A stretch of DNA of 64,000 bases from Daphnia carinata (taxonomy: Eukaryota), in contig NC_081333.1 of NCBI RefSeq assembly GCF_022539665.2, forward strand, positions 2,418,001-2,482,000. The letters run 5' to 3'. Under the pieces are notes generated by a model. It had not been told where the DNA came from. It worked only from the letters and a program-made list of their open reading frames with translations, and searched no databases. The position numbers were made by a program, and so were the translations under genes. Shown in pieces: positions 50,333 through 64,000 of the stretch. Each line of letters begins with the position of its first letter. Within the stretch, counting starts at the first letter, position 1.

Positions 50333-53300
50333 TTACGAAAGATGAAACGAGTGCTGGCCCTCGCGGACGGCGACAGACATTTTCTGACGCATAATCTCAA
50401 GAGTGCTGTAATCGGGCAATTTGAGATAGTTGACGCACGTCATCACCGACGGAAGGAAATCGTCCGGGCTCTGGTTGGGTTCTAGCGTTTTCCGCACCAC
50501 CGTCAACGGAGGAGACAAACTCTTGAAACCTAAACATTAAAAAAACATTATTTGTACGTTAAGTGGCAAAACAATAAAGAAAATGACATACCTCCGACAG
50601 GCAGACGAGGGGATCCTGAGACAAATTGTAGGAAAAGCCTCTGCTCTTCTTTGCTGTACGTCGAGAGGATCTCGGCCAAATTTCGGATCGCTTTCGATTC
50701 CAAAGTGAATCCGTGATCCGGTTTCCAGGCATCCAGCAAACTTTGCACCTCCCAAGCACCTTCAGTCGTACACTGTACAACGGGGAAACGAGTCGTCAAA
50801 ATTTATCCTAATAATGAATTAAAAATAAGATGATTATGATTACCTGAGAAGCTCCACAGAGAAGAAGATCCATCTCTTCCGGATAAAAGAGGGAAAGATG
50901 GTGCAACGGAAAGACGGATTCGAATCCTTCGCGCAAGGATTCCATTTGCCGCGAGACACCTTCGACAAGGATCCAGTGTGACAGCAACTGGATGAACAAT
51001 AGAAATCATTACATCCCCAACATCGCAATGCTTAAGTATTACACTTGACCTTACCTTGAGGTATTGTTCCAAATTGTGGATAGTTACGGGTTGATCCTTT
51101 CCGCCTTTACGTAACTCGATAGTGGACGAACCAGGGAGCGTGAAATCCAGGCCGAGATCGACAACGGGACAGCCGTCAAGATTGAGCGCCTGGAGTGCTG
51201 CCTGTCGTTGGGGTGGCGTGAGAGTTGAGTCCTGATCGATACGTTTTTTCTCTTCCACTAGAGCCATCAATGACTTGTACGTTTTCGCCAAAATGGGATC
51301 CAACAAAACCATGTCTGATGCTGTCAAGAATCTTTCTTGGCCAAGCAGCCAGCGGAAAAACACGGGGCTAAAGGGCAAATCCAACTGCATCACACAAAAA
51401 ACGATTCAGCCTTAAATAACTTAGATAAAGAAATGTAACCGTAATTACCATCCTGGAATCCATGATCGCTTTCGCTATAAATTTTCCAATAAAACGAAAT
51501 TTCGAGCGAATTTTGGCCAACGGGCCGGCCTTGAGACTGCGCGAGCAGGGCGACGGAAAGAGGCCATATTGATTGTGGACGTAATCAACTGACGTCCCGA
51601 TGGACCCGACAGTAGAAACGGGGCCTGTTTTTGTTTTGGATGGCTCTTCCGACGACGAAGAAGAAGGTGACGATCCAAGTGATCCACCGCCGGCGACTAC
51701 GGTAGCCGAAACGGCCTCTCCGCGCCACAGTTCCAGGTCGAAGCGCTGCAATTCCCGCGAGACGAGGGCGTAGAACTCGAGAGTCGGTCCAAGTCCAGTT
51801 CCGACCTGGAAATTCCAAAATCGATTTAAAAATATTACACAAGTAAGGAAATTATAAAGTTTGAGATAAACAAACCTCGTTTTCGTATTGAATTTCCAAA
51901 AGGGCTCTTGAAGAAGCCATGTCCTGCATGACTTGTTCAGCTTGTTTGAGGATGTCTTCACGCGACACTGTGCGTTTCCGCCGGTCGAGTCGGGGCGTGA
52001 CGCGCTCGCTGCTATCGCCGCCACTCATCAATTCAGGCGCAGAGTCCATCAACCGCTGGAGCGCCCGGTCACGGTCGAATGCCGTGGCATAGAAGAGCAG
52101 GTGTCGAGTTTCGAAAGGAAACAGAAACGGACATGCCGTAGCGATTTGTGCCAGCCACGGTGGCAAGTTGCCCGTCATTATCACTAGTGGGTCCTAAAAA
52201 AAAAAAAAAAAAAGAGCAATTTTGGAAACATGAAAAACGATCATAACAAAATTACAGTGTCATATATTTTATTATTACCTGCAGTTGACGGTTGGCTTTG
52301 GCGGTAAGTTTAGAGTTGACAAGCTCGTGAACCGACAGAATGGGCTTGTAGTCGACCAGTTGATAGAGGAATCCCCAATGACGATTGAGGGCGTGAACGA
52401 TGCGCAACAGGTTGAGTACCTCCAACGACGGGTCTTCGACCGTCACGTACTCTGGCAATCGCATCGTCAAAAATGGCACTATGGGGGAATTCACTTCGGG
52501 AGCAATCCCATCTAGAAGAAGGAAAAATCGAAATCAATTAAAACCACTTCGAAATTTTGTTGAAATGAATTTACCGATCCAGAGGTCGTCGCCCTTCTTC
52601 TTGCTAGAGCTCTTGCCGTTGGCGCCTTTTCCCTTGCGGGTTCCTGACGCGCCGCCGGAAGATCCGCACGGCAACAAAACGTTCGGTCCGCCCGTGTTCT
52701 TGGCCGCGTTGGGGCTGGCGTAGTTACAAGGGTCGTTATCGGGAACCGGTCTGTAAAAGATGGTGTGCGTCTGTACCCAAATGGACGCATGACCCATTGG
52801 CGTTTCAGAATCCGTGTCCGTCTCCGACTGATCCATACCTATGAGTAATTTAAAATAAATCAACGAATAAAAGAAAATCCGATTATTCAAGTATAGTCTT
52901 ACTGAATTGCCGGATGGCCTGGTAGACCGTCATGTTGTAAGGGATCACGTGATCGTTGACCAGAAACTGTAGCTTGTGACGGACGCTGTTGCCCTGATTC
53001 ATCAAAACGGTGGCCTAAGAGGACAAGAACAGACTTTAGCAAGACCAAATGCTTATAAACAATAACGATTTAACTCACCAAGCTGTCGTCGACGTCGTCT
53101 TCGCTGTTGTCATCGTCGCTGTCGGCCAGATCCTTGTCGCGAATGCGGCCGTAGCCCCTGATGACCAGGTATTTCTCGATGGCTTGCACCAGGGCCAGCG
53201 GGTCAATCTTGACAGTGCCGCCCTTCCACTGTTTGACGTTGTTGCACGTCGGATGCCGTTGCAGATTGCACTTGAGCTGATGCGTGTTGAAGAAGCGCAG

Positions 53301-56300
53301 GGCAGACGTTCCCGACCGGAAGTAACCACCTGAGGCGCCAGATGTACCGGCTGGAGCGGGCAAGTCGTGAACCCTAACGGGAAATTGTTCCAGCTGGTTG
53401 ACACAGCCGCTCAATTTGTGCGTCAACGCCAATAGATGAGCTGCCGCCTCTGACGTAGGGAATTCGCTGTTTGGTGACACACGAAGAAATTCCTGAAAAC
53501 GAAGTAAACGTTATTGCATTCGTACCGATGTTTTAAATAAAGACGAATCATCTTTGAAATTACCTGAAGGAAGAGCCGCAATCGATCGTCGCGATCAGCG
53601 CCATCCACAGTGAGGTATTTGAGAAGAGACTGGACCAATCCGCTATGAAGAATTTCAAACGAGGACACATCCGAATCTGCCACGATCGCACGGATCTGCT
53701 CCAGAGTCTCTTTGGCCATTAGCGGTTCGGCTTCGAGTCGTTGAACTAGACGTGTCAACTCCGACAAGACACTGAGACCAGTAGCGTGCGCACCCGATCC
53801 TTCACCGGACTGACCATTGCCCGACTCGCCAGCCTCCATTGCAGCCGGGCTGAAATAAGTTGATAGGAAGAGAGTGGCTTGATCACGTATCCACGTCTTG
53901 ATCTTTTCTCGATTTCCGGCCAATTGCGGATTGCTCAGCGATTTGGGCACGTTCGGCAACAGGCTGGGAGACGAAGAGGTACAAGCGGCACTGGACGTGG
54001 CCGAATTGCCCGTGCTCGATGACTGATTATTATGATGAGAACGTCCCCAACGGGCCGGATTCAAGTTGGCCAGGAAGCTTGTCGCTTTGGCAGCGCTTCC
54101 GCTGATGGCCGATGTAGGTGTCCCATTATTACTGGCGCCACCACTGCCGTGAGCGGCCATGGCGAAGCCAAACTTGGATCGAGCGCCTCCAGTGCTTCCG
54201 GCACTGCTGCTGGCACTAGCACCGCTTTTCAAATAGTCGTGTCCGTCCATACTGCAGCCGGACGAGCCGGCCGGAGAAGACGACTCTTCCGCGAATGTTC
54301 TCGATTTACGGGCACCGACAGCACCGCGCTTGGCCCCTCCTCGTTTCCTTTTCAAAACGTCGCTCAGTTTCATCGGACTCGACGCCACGGCAGAGACGGC
54401 CGTAATGGGATTCGTTAATGTCACTGGCGATTCGCCAACCTCCGAATGAGTCGGCGCACTCGTGCCGACGGCTACAGCACGTTCGGGGCTGCTAGCAACA
54501 AGCGGAGCCCCACTCGAGCCGCTGGAACCATTTCCCAACGGGCATTGGTCTGTTGTAGACGAAGAATACGTGGGCGATCGGTTCAAAATGTCATTTTGCT
54601 AGATCGTTGAAAAAAAAATATATAGTTTATTTATTTTATTTGCCCGTCTATGTAAATCATATTTAAATTCACCTCAAATGGGGTAGCGAGGATGGAGGCG
54701 GGCGTCGTTACGGCGGATGAAGGCGATTCGGCAGGTTCGGCCACCAACCGCTGGACTTGGTGCATGACGCCCTCTCGTCTGAAATGGACGCCAAAGACAT
54801 CGGGCAGCTTTTGCATGAGAATGTGGGCCATCTGAGTGGCGCCGACGACGATCTTGAGATCCTGAGATGAAAGCATACCGGCCAAGTGACTGGCCACACT
54901 CTGGCTTTTGAGAACGTCGCGGAGCAGTTCGGGCGAGGCATAATAGAGCATCCGCAATAAGGCGCGCAGGCACTTGTGACGGACAGCCGGTCCAGCCGAG
55001 CTGCTATACACTTCGTAGAGCAGTGAAAAGAGAGAGCGGATAAACTGCGTGGCCAATTCCGTCTCCTCCTGCAGACATTCGATCCGAGAATCGCTCTGTT
55101 TCACTCCGCCGACACCGCCGACACCACCGCCCAGGCCGCTCGAACCGCTGGCGTTGTTCATTTTGCGCTGGACGGGTCTCGTCGTGCCCGTCTCTTCGTT
55201 GATCTGCTGCATAGAATGAAAATCCAATGTGTACGTCCTGCCCATGGTGGAAAGACTAATCTCATCCTCTCCGGATTGATGTGCGGCTTCGACCATCCGT
55301 GAATCAATGGCCGAATAGGCGTGCCACGAACCGCGGTCATCACGCCATTGCCATTGGACCGCATCGTAATGGACAGTACTGGGTTTGGTCAGCCAAATAT
55401 CCACGGCGAAGAAGCCATCGGTCGGCAGACGGGGCATCAATTCACCTATCAACGACGTTATCTCGTACAATTCTTGCGGACTGCGAGCCACCAGTTCCAC
55501 CGCATGATCCTGTTCTTTGGCTGGCGACGAAGAAGCGGCCATAGTTTCAGCGGTGGAAGACGAGGTGCCACTAGCAACCGCGCCCGCAGGTCCAGTCAGC
55601 AGCAGGCACAATGTGTGTGCAATGTTCTGCTTGAGGAGCTTAACGGCCAATTCCGGGCAGTGGGCGCACATGATGGAGAGCATTCGCACAACCATGATGA
55701 ACGTGGCGCTGGAAAGGACGGGCGGCATGATGACCAGTAACTGTTGCAAATTGGCGAGTAGCTCGGTGCTGGCGATCTCCTGGAGACGGTCCGATTCGCT
55801 GTGGAAACTGTCGACGAGTCGACTGAAGGCGATGCAGATGCTCTCGACGCTCTTCTTGTCGTGCTGCGTCAGCCGGGCGGCGAGGGCGGACAAAGATCCC
55901 GACACAAAATGCAACTCGTCCGCGTGAAGGTTTTGGCAACAGTTAGCTGTGATGGACAGGGCAGCTCGCTGGGCATTAATGCCAAAGAAATCCAGGTACA
56001 TCAGGCACGCGGAAACGCCACGGGCTTGCAAAATCGACTTGGCGTGGCGGCGCGAGAGCATCTCCAGGGCCGTCAGACTTTGCTCGGCCACGTCCATGCA
56101 CTGGATGACTTGCAGTTTTTCGAGGAAGGCCGGAACGGCTTCGACGACGACGGCCGAGGAGCGTGGAAGTGCCTCCATCATGTAAGTCAATGCCCGGCAG
56201 GCGTGATTCATCATATCGAAATTGTGTTCCATGTGGAGCAAGTGGATAAGAGCGGGAACCGCTTGGCGGACGGGAAATCCGGCCAATGTGTCCTCGTTGC

Positions 56301-59300
56301 CCATCACCAGCAGCTGGCACATTTCGATGGCCGCCTGCAGCTGCTGGCTCTCGTCCGCGTTGTTTTGCACGGCTGGACATAAAAAAAAAGAGAAAATCGA
56401 ATACGTTAGAGGCACCAATATCCATGACTATAAAAGAAGCATAGATATAAAAAAAAATATATAATACCGGCAATCAGCTGTTGAGCTTTGGAGATAGTTG
56501 AATTGGATCCCATGGAACGATGAAGTATGTGCTGCATTCGAGGCGCCAAGGCGCCAAACAGATGCGGCGGAAGCCCGCGAGCTTCCAGCAACGCCTGGAG
56601 TCGTCCCATTTCGCTGTCGTCACTTTCCGAATCGCCAGTTCCAGTGGTTGCCCCTGCTCCTAGCAGAAGATTAGCAGCGTGACCTGGTGGTAAGTTCAAC
56701 AGGCCGGAAGCTCCGTCAGAAGGAACGGCATTGGCTCCACCTGTCCAACACACGCAAAACAGATTAGCATAAAACGAAACTCTAGAACAAAAATTGATCG
56801 GATCAAACCCTACCAACTGGCGCAGGTGCCGAGGAAGAAGACGAGGCCGGAGTATGCGAACCACTAGCCGATGACGATCCACTATGAGTTCCGCCATCCA
56901 TTACAGCGCCAACACCTACTCCAAGCAATCCGGCTGATCCTGTAACTGCTCCGGTGTTGTTGGCGGCCGACGCAGTAGGTGCGCCGACGCCGCCGACACC
57001 CGGGATTCCGCTGCTATCACCGCCGCCGCCGCCCACTCCGCTGGCTCCACTGCCGCTGCTACTGAGTGGCACTTTGCCGGACCTCGAGGCTCGCCGGCTT
57101 CGTTAGAATTTAAAAAATAAACGAAAACATTAGTTACTGATATCTTCTCACGGTTATGACCATAAAACAGACAACGACCTGACATCACATGATTCTAATT
57201 TAACTACGCCTTCATTATCGTTTCGCCTCTAATAAAGTTACATGACGAAACCTTGAGGTTAAGCCCCATCCCGCTCACCACGCCTCTTTCACTTCCTGCT
57301 CCAATCACGAAGGGAAAACTGTGCCTCTATTTGGTCCGCTAATTCCCGCACGTGTAACGATTACGTCAGAAACGTAGCAAGCGTTGGCTTTTGATGTGCT
57401 GCGTCTAACAACTGCAACACAGAGAGGATGAATTTGGTCGGTGAACAAAAGAAGACAGCCTTCAGTAAATGACGGATAAATGAAAGCTCCGCATGCTCTA
57501 AACGTCTCCATGTCGTCAGTCAATTTTCATGTCCTCTCAACGTCGGATAGACGTTGATTTACGCTGTTTTGATGTATCCTATTTGTCAAGTTTCGACGGT
57601 CTGTTGAAGATCACGGGCACGACTATTCGATCATCATCTTGTCAGTCGTGCAATGGATCGAAAATGACCACGCGGGCGAGAGAGTCACCTTGAATAATTC
57701 AAAACTCTCTTGTTCTCTTTCGCCTTGGCAACTGGACTGGTGTTGACACGGTGGCGGTTAAGGGAGAGTGAATGTCCAAACAACGGGTAAACGAAATTTC
57801 ACCAGCGTTTTCAATTCAGGGCCAGACAGTGGTTAACCCATCAAGCATCATTCGAAGCAAATGTGGTGTGATACAATAGCAAAGCAGCTAATTAGCACAC
57901 GCAGACACACCGGTTGCTCAAATGGCCGCCCTTGAACCGCTTCGCCGCGAGGAGAATCAAGAGAGGAAGCACACCTGTAAACCCGCACCTCTTCCTCATC
58001 GCCCGACACACCAGACAGCAGCCGGAACACAAAACAAATGAATAAAAACAACCCGACAAGAGTAAAAAAAGAATAGGGGGGACACAATTGTGATGCGTGC
58101 TGATCAATATTAACGTCGTCATCATTTTTCTTTTTAGGAGGCCATTTCGACACTCACCTCCATGTCTGATAGCGCAACGACAAATCGTGCAGAAACATTC
58201 CGCTAGGTAGGGCAAATGCAGCAATAAGACATTGGCAGTAACACTGGAGGGATCCACACACGTAAAAGACACCGGAGAGAGAGACCCTCCTCCTTTCTCC
58301 TCCCTAACTGGACTGATCGCGACACAAGACTTTGAACAGATACTCAAGGAGCTACCAAAGTCAATGGAACCTCCAAGCGCAATTCGCCTGCGGGCAACAC
58401 CTGTGTGTGCGTGCAACAAACAAAATATACACACAGCAAAGAAAAGATCTCTCTCTTTGTTTCCCAGAAAGCAATTTTTTTTTTTCGTTTTTCTTGTTTC
58501 GGTCTACTACGTTCGAGCGACCACTTCGATCAAAAAAGCCGAGAGTTGGACTCGAAAACGCTGTCTGCCAACCTCGACTACCGACCACCGACTAATAAAC
58601 TCGATTGAAATAAGAACCACGGATACATGGCCGGGAAGAAAAGAGCTACTTGAACACGAGGATAAAAAAGAAAGGGGAGGGCAAATAAAAAAGGGGCGGC
58701 GGGAGAAACAGGAGAAAGACGAAGGTCTGAAGTCGCTGTGATCGTCGCCATAGCAACAGATTTCAAGTCCCTTCTAACCACTGCCTTTTCTTGCACGATC
58801 TAATAAGGACAAGCTGATTAGACGTCACTCCCAAATCGTCCCAGCACCTTTTCTCTTTATGTTTTTTTTTATCACTTACATCAACAGTCATCGCGTGAGT
58901 AAGCTGATCGGGAACTTCTGACATATCATTGTAAATGACAACTAGGTTATAAAAAGGGATTTTCTTTAAGGGAGTCGGGGCGTTGGTCAATTTAGAAAAA
59001 AAAAAAAAAAAAAGAGGGGTTGAAAACTTGTTTACCTGTTGCTGGCGCAGGACCCCGTGTTGGCCGGTTGTCTCGGGTGACGTAATTGGGACAAGCGCTG
59101 TTGCTGTTCTCCTTCTGCGGCAGTGACCTCAGCGCCTCCGCCTGCAACGCCCGCCGACGTCGACCCTCCCAAACAATGACTGTGTCCTATTATGTATATA
59201 AGAGAATAAAAATAGGAGATTCATAACACATCCAGCTTCCAATTCTTCAAACTGTGAAATTTTGCGATCAGGCACAACAACTTAAGGTCCACACTAAACT

Positions 59301-60563
59301 GCAGAAACATACGAATCAGTCTCAAAGTTGCCCATGACAGCCATTGCAGAAGGATAACAGGACATCAGATAAGATAATCAATGCAGCTTGCAACACTTTT
59401 GTGTGTGTGTGTGTTTGCCTACCAACTAATCGAAGAACTTTCTACGAATTTAAATTCAATACACAATACCAGCAATAATCTTTAGACACTAGCCAATGTT
59501 CCATGACTGATTCCGACGATGAAGGTCTGATGAAACAGGTTTTAGTGACAATACAGAGAGGGACACGCAATCGGGCAGGATGTCGGTAGAGTTGTGAAAT
59601 AAAGCAATTCTTTCGACTCAATATTCCTAATTTTCTATGTAAAATGTATCTAATGAATAAACAAGAAAGTGACGTACCAGCCCCTATGTTTGCTCGTGAA
59701 TGAAGCTGTTGTGGTGGTGATATGGCTGATTGGAAAGCTTCTTTGCCCGTTTGCAGCCTAACCTTCTTGGTCGGACTGCGATGGAGGTTACCGTTACCAC
59801 CGTTAACGGCCGGCTGACAGTAACGGGTTCGACTAGTAGACGGAGTTGTAGATCCTACTACGGAAGAGGAAGGTCCCGCTTCCACCAATTCGTTAGTTCT
59901 CGTCCGTTTGCGTTGCCTTATTGGCGGTATAACACCACTATTTCCAGCCGAACAGCTATCTATTGCCGTTGGACTGAGAACTGCTGGCGACACTGGTGTG
60001 GCTGCTGGTGTTGGAGGTTGATGCGAGACAGACCGTGGAGTGGGAACACTGGGACTTCTCCGCTCATAAGGCGTCTTCGCGTGATTCCTTTCCAAGTCAG
60101 CACTAGCTGGTAGAGGTAGACTTTGTCTCTGGTGCTTGTGAGTACCACTCAAGTTCCTTCTAAATAGACAATGTTTAATGGTTCTGTCAGAAAAACTGTA
60201 TAATGTCTAAAGTATTTAAAAACCTGGAATCCAAGGGTGTAGGTGGTGTGGCAACTGGTAAATGAGATGTCGAAAGGTATCTTCCTGGTAGACGTCTCAA
60301 TCTGGAAGATATAGGACCCTCGGAGCCCTCACTATTTTTGACAGGGGCGCTATAGCTAAATACCATGGTAAATAACAAAAACCAACTTAAAATATTTTAA
60401 AAAATGAATGATGTCACTAAAATGTTTACCTCAGTCTAGAAACTAAAGTAGTGTCAGTCTGTGGGGATGACACTGGTGAGTCTGAGCTGCTGGGTAAGTG
60501 GCTTGATTGCTGATCACCACCACCAGAATTAGCTGGACCTGCAGGTGGTGCTGAGGAGGCCAT
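50333..60563 (-). CDS. TRIP12: HECT E3 ubiquitin ligase TRIP12 (ARM repeats, WWE, HECT)
   Basis: [123 protein letters not shown]. 5' exons linked by phase to ATG 60563 (start less certain). Confidence 0.96.
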
Positions 60564-61932
60564 AGGCACAGCCTTCCTTACCAACCATGCCCCAAATCAA
60601 ACAAATCCTGCAAAATTTTTATAAAGAAGTGCATTAATGATTAGGAAGCCATTGGTAGCACACTCAAACAATAACAAACTTCCAACAAAATCAGCACTCT
60701 ACACTCAGAAACAACCTAAAAGGCTTTCTAAGCTGCCCGAAGGTAGTTCATTCTTTGTTCATCTAACTTGGTGTGTGAAGTATGAAATAGATCTCTTTCA
60801 TATCGAACCAATAGTTAATAGTCGTCGTTGATTCGAATAGTCTCATACAACAAAGCAGGTAACACTGAAAAGACTAAAGTATATACTGACAAATTGCATA
60901 GACTGCTGGTATAGTTAATGATGGAACAAGGAAATGCCAAAAACTGTCCTATGATATGCTTTTAAAGAGCGAAGGAATCACCGATGAGTTACAGCAATCG
61001 TATGCGCCCTCAAGGAAGAAATTGTTTTTCTTGAACACTTCACAGCATTGGCTTTGTGCAGCCAGAGACAACTTTGACCCACGAGAGCGAGAGACCAAGG
61101 AAACGACTAACACAAAAAGAACCCTTCCCTCTTCGTTTCCCTTTTGATGGTAAAAACATGAAAATCTTACATTCAACTGCTCTAAGTGGTAGAAGAACAG
61201 GAATGAGCCAGAAAAAAAAACCAAATAAATAAATCCAGTTAGGCCAACGTCTCTGTAGATAATGGCAAAGATGCAAATCGTATCGAGACGAGACGACTTA
61301 GGAAATCGTTCGCCCTTACTCTATGGAACGAAATATTTTGTGGCCGTGCCACAACTTTGCAAATGAAATCAAATTGAGAAGTAATGGAACTTTAACTTTA
61401 TTCTAAGGAGATTTTAATATTCTCGTATTAAAATATCAATTATATGTGTATAAAAGTTATCTACTTATTTAGAAACAATTTTAACATTTAATCCATCAAA
61501 CCGATGTCGAAAAATAATGCAACGTTGGAGGGAAAAAGTAAACACACTAGAGAAACTATAGAGGTAGAGGTGAACATAAAGAGTTTCCAAATAAGAGAAA
61601 GAGTGATACGCTTTAGCATATCATGATTTAGCACACGTATTGCATACTTGTTATCGTGTCAAGTCCGGAAGTTGGTTCATTAAAACTAAGCGGTCGTACC
61701 ACCCATTACTTCAGATATCAATCCCGTGGTGATAGCCCAGCTCGAGTTCCTATACCTCCACATTCTGAAAATCATTGACATACTTAAAGGTATCATGCAG
61801 CTATTGACGCCAGAAATTGTATCCCTGAAATTAAAAAAATGTCTAGCTTAGTTGTTTCTTGCAATGGAGAAGGGGTTGGTTGGCAAACTCACTGTGCATC
61901 AATAGCTGTGCTATCTTGTTGCTCTTAAGAAC

Positions 61933-63329
61933 ATGAAGCGCTGGGTAAAAATGATTCGCTTCATTGGTGGCCTGTGTCTTGTAACACTTCTCGGTATTGC
62001 ATATGTTAGCTATCTCTGTCACAATTCACTGTGTTTGGCTCCAGAGCATTCTAGCCTCTCCCCCAGATATAGTGTTAGTTCCAGCAGTAGCAAGTCAGAA
62101 ATCCTATCATCACCTACCTCCATGGTTAAACCGATAAGTGGATTTCCCTCAAAAATCAACATTAAATCAGTTGCATTTGAAGAGGCTTATGATTTGGGCT
62201 TTGACATCACCAGTAGGGATGTTATAGTGTTTCTGCATATTCAAAAAACGGGTGGTACAACGTTTGGCCGGCATCTTGTCAAAGATCTGAATTTAGAGAA
62301 TCCTTGTAATTGCCCAAGTAAGCGCAAACGCTGTGATTGTTTCCGTCCCAACACCATCAATGAGCAGTGGCTATTCAGTCGGTATTCAACCGGTTGGAAG
62401 TGTGGCTTGCACGCAGACTGGACCGAGTTGACCGACTGCGTGGAGGGTGCGCTAGACGAGTACGAAGGATCTGCAAGAAAAAGAAGGTTGTGGCATTTAC
62501 TCGAAACTTCATTATTTTTCTTTTTCGATCTAATCTGAACTGGCATGTTTTTTTTAGATATTTTTTCATCACTGTTCTTCGTGATCCAATTCACCGGTAT
62601 CTGTCAGAATTCCGCCATGTTCAGAGAGGTGCCACTTGGAAAAGTGCCCGGCATTGGTGCGGTGGTCAGGAATTTACGAGTCTGCCTCACTGCTATAAGG
62701 TATTTTTGGTTGATTTTAAGGATAGGTAGTTTCCGAGAAAAATCAACTTTAGGACATTTTGTGACTAAAAGGGATCCAACTGGACTGGCGTTGAGTTGGA
62801 CGAGTTTATGAATTGTTCGTATAATCTGGCTCATAACCGGCAAACACGAATGCTGGCCGATCTGACACTGGCTGGCTGTTACACTGGCTACAATACGACA
62901 GCAGACCAACTGGAACGTGATAGAATCTTATTGCAAAGCGCCAAACAGAACTTAGCTAGTATGGCGTATTTTGGATTGACAGAAGAGCAGGCTGCTAGCC
63001 AATACATATTTGAGCGAACGTTCCATCTTGATTTTGCAAACCCATTTGACCAAGCAAATGCAACTTTATCAGCTCAGGCAATAGCCGAACTAACGCCAAT
63101 TCAGGTAAAAACTTCTTATTGGCTGTCAGCGTCTTTCAATACCGACAATTATTTACAGCTAGAACGAGTTCGCCAGCTCAACAGCCTTGACAACGAGCTA
63201 CTAGAATTCGCCCGGCAGCTGTTGCACGAGCGATTTAAGATGCTTAAACGACGGGACTCCCATTTTAGGAGGAACTGGCTTCGCGTTATCCATCCCCATA
63301 AGTCCGAGAGAACGACGGAAACTCATTAG
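61933..63329 (+). CDS. HS6ST: Heparan-sulfate 6-O-sulfotransferase
   Basis: N-terminal TM segment; DVIVFLHIQKTGGTTFGRHLV; WLFSRYSTGWKCGLHADWTEL; ITVLRDPIHRYLSEFRHVQRGATW; CSYNLAHNRQTRMLADL; YFGLTE. Confidence 0.96.
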
Positions 63330-64000
63330 TCTAAAACAAAAATCAGAAACACGGGAAATGTTGCCATCCTGCTATTTTATAAATTTTTTTTAAAGAAATT
63401 TTCACCGGTCTTTGCCTCTTGCACCTTTTTTTTATACTTTAGGATGCTTTTCTCTCAAGTCGTCTGTTTTTATATATATGTATATGTACCAACCGTCTAA
63501 TCTCTAATCACTACAGTGGTTTAGCTATTTTTAATTAAGATAAAAAGCTCACAGAATTTTAAGAGATGACGCATTTTGTCGTGAAATATAATCTGTCCTG
63601 TTATCTTGTGCTATTTTTTGTTTGTTAACCATCCTTGAGTCCTGCCATGCATGGCTTTTGATTGATCGATTGAGTTCACTTGTCCGATCCTTTCATATTA
63701 TCGCATCTGTTTGATTTTGTCATTTTATAAGAATTTTCTTACGTAAAAGAATCACCTTCTCTTCCAACCATGATCAATTAATCTCTTGACCATGTAGTCT
63801 CCTTGTTGAATCCTCTTCCTGCAACGTTTGCTTGTAATCCCAATCTCAGCCCTTTTGTAGCCTTCACAAGTCCCCAGCGATTTCTTTTCACACTTCAGTA
63901 CACTATGTTTTTTATAGCGCTTTAATTAGCACATCCTTTCAACATGCCTATTCATTGCTAGACGGTTTCTGCAATCCTTTTTCGGCACGGAAATGAAAAC

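Noticed and set aside
51933..56464. Long plus-strand ORFs antisense to TRIP12
   Set aside because: Shadow frames of GC-rich coding exons.
1..64000. CRISPR arrays, rRNA, prokaryotic operons or defence systems
   Set aside because: No repeat-spacer arrays or rRNA motifs seen. All genes are spliceosomal-intron eukaryotic genes.

Overview
Eukaryotic, intron-rich, AT-rich animal DNA. The many 55-85 nt introns and the gene set point to a compact arthropod genome, most likely a Daphnia-like crustacean (inference). There are no prokaryotic features, CRISPR arrays or rRNA. Three zones: (1) 1-24 kb is gene-poor and holds the 5' part of one minus-strand secreted/membrane LDLa+CUB gene with kb-sized introns. 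(2) 25-33.5 kb is a repeat island. It contains two tandem palindromic MITE-like units and a 4.6-kb inverted duplication (26037-30661) whose arms each carry a broken spliced gene and a 418-bp GC-rich, hairpin-forming core that is 417/418 identical between arms, with back-to-back tRNA-like sequences at the centre. It also has a (TACA)30 tract, a TTAA-flanked piggyBac-type MITE and a GGCGAA repeat. (3) 34-63.4 kb is a dense gene block: WDR92/DNAAF10, NAA30, ESF1, two aldo-keto reductases flanking calaxin/EFCAB1, RpL35A (with an intronic H/ACA snoRNA candidate), TRIP12 and HS6ST. Exon structures were derived by hand from GT-AG sites and reading-frame phase. No searches or folding programs were run.
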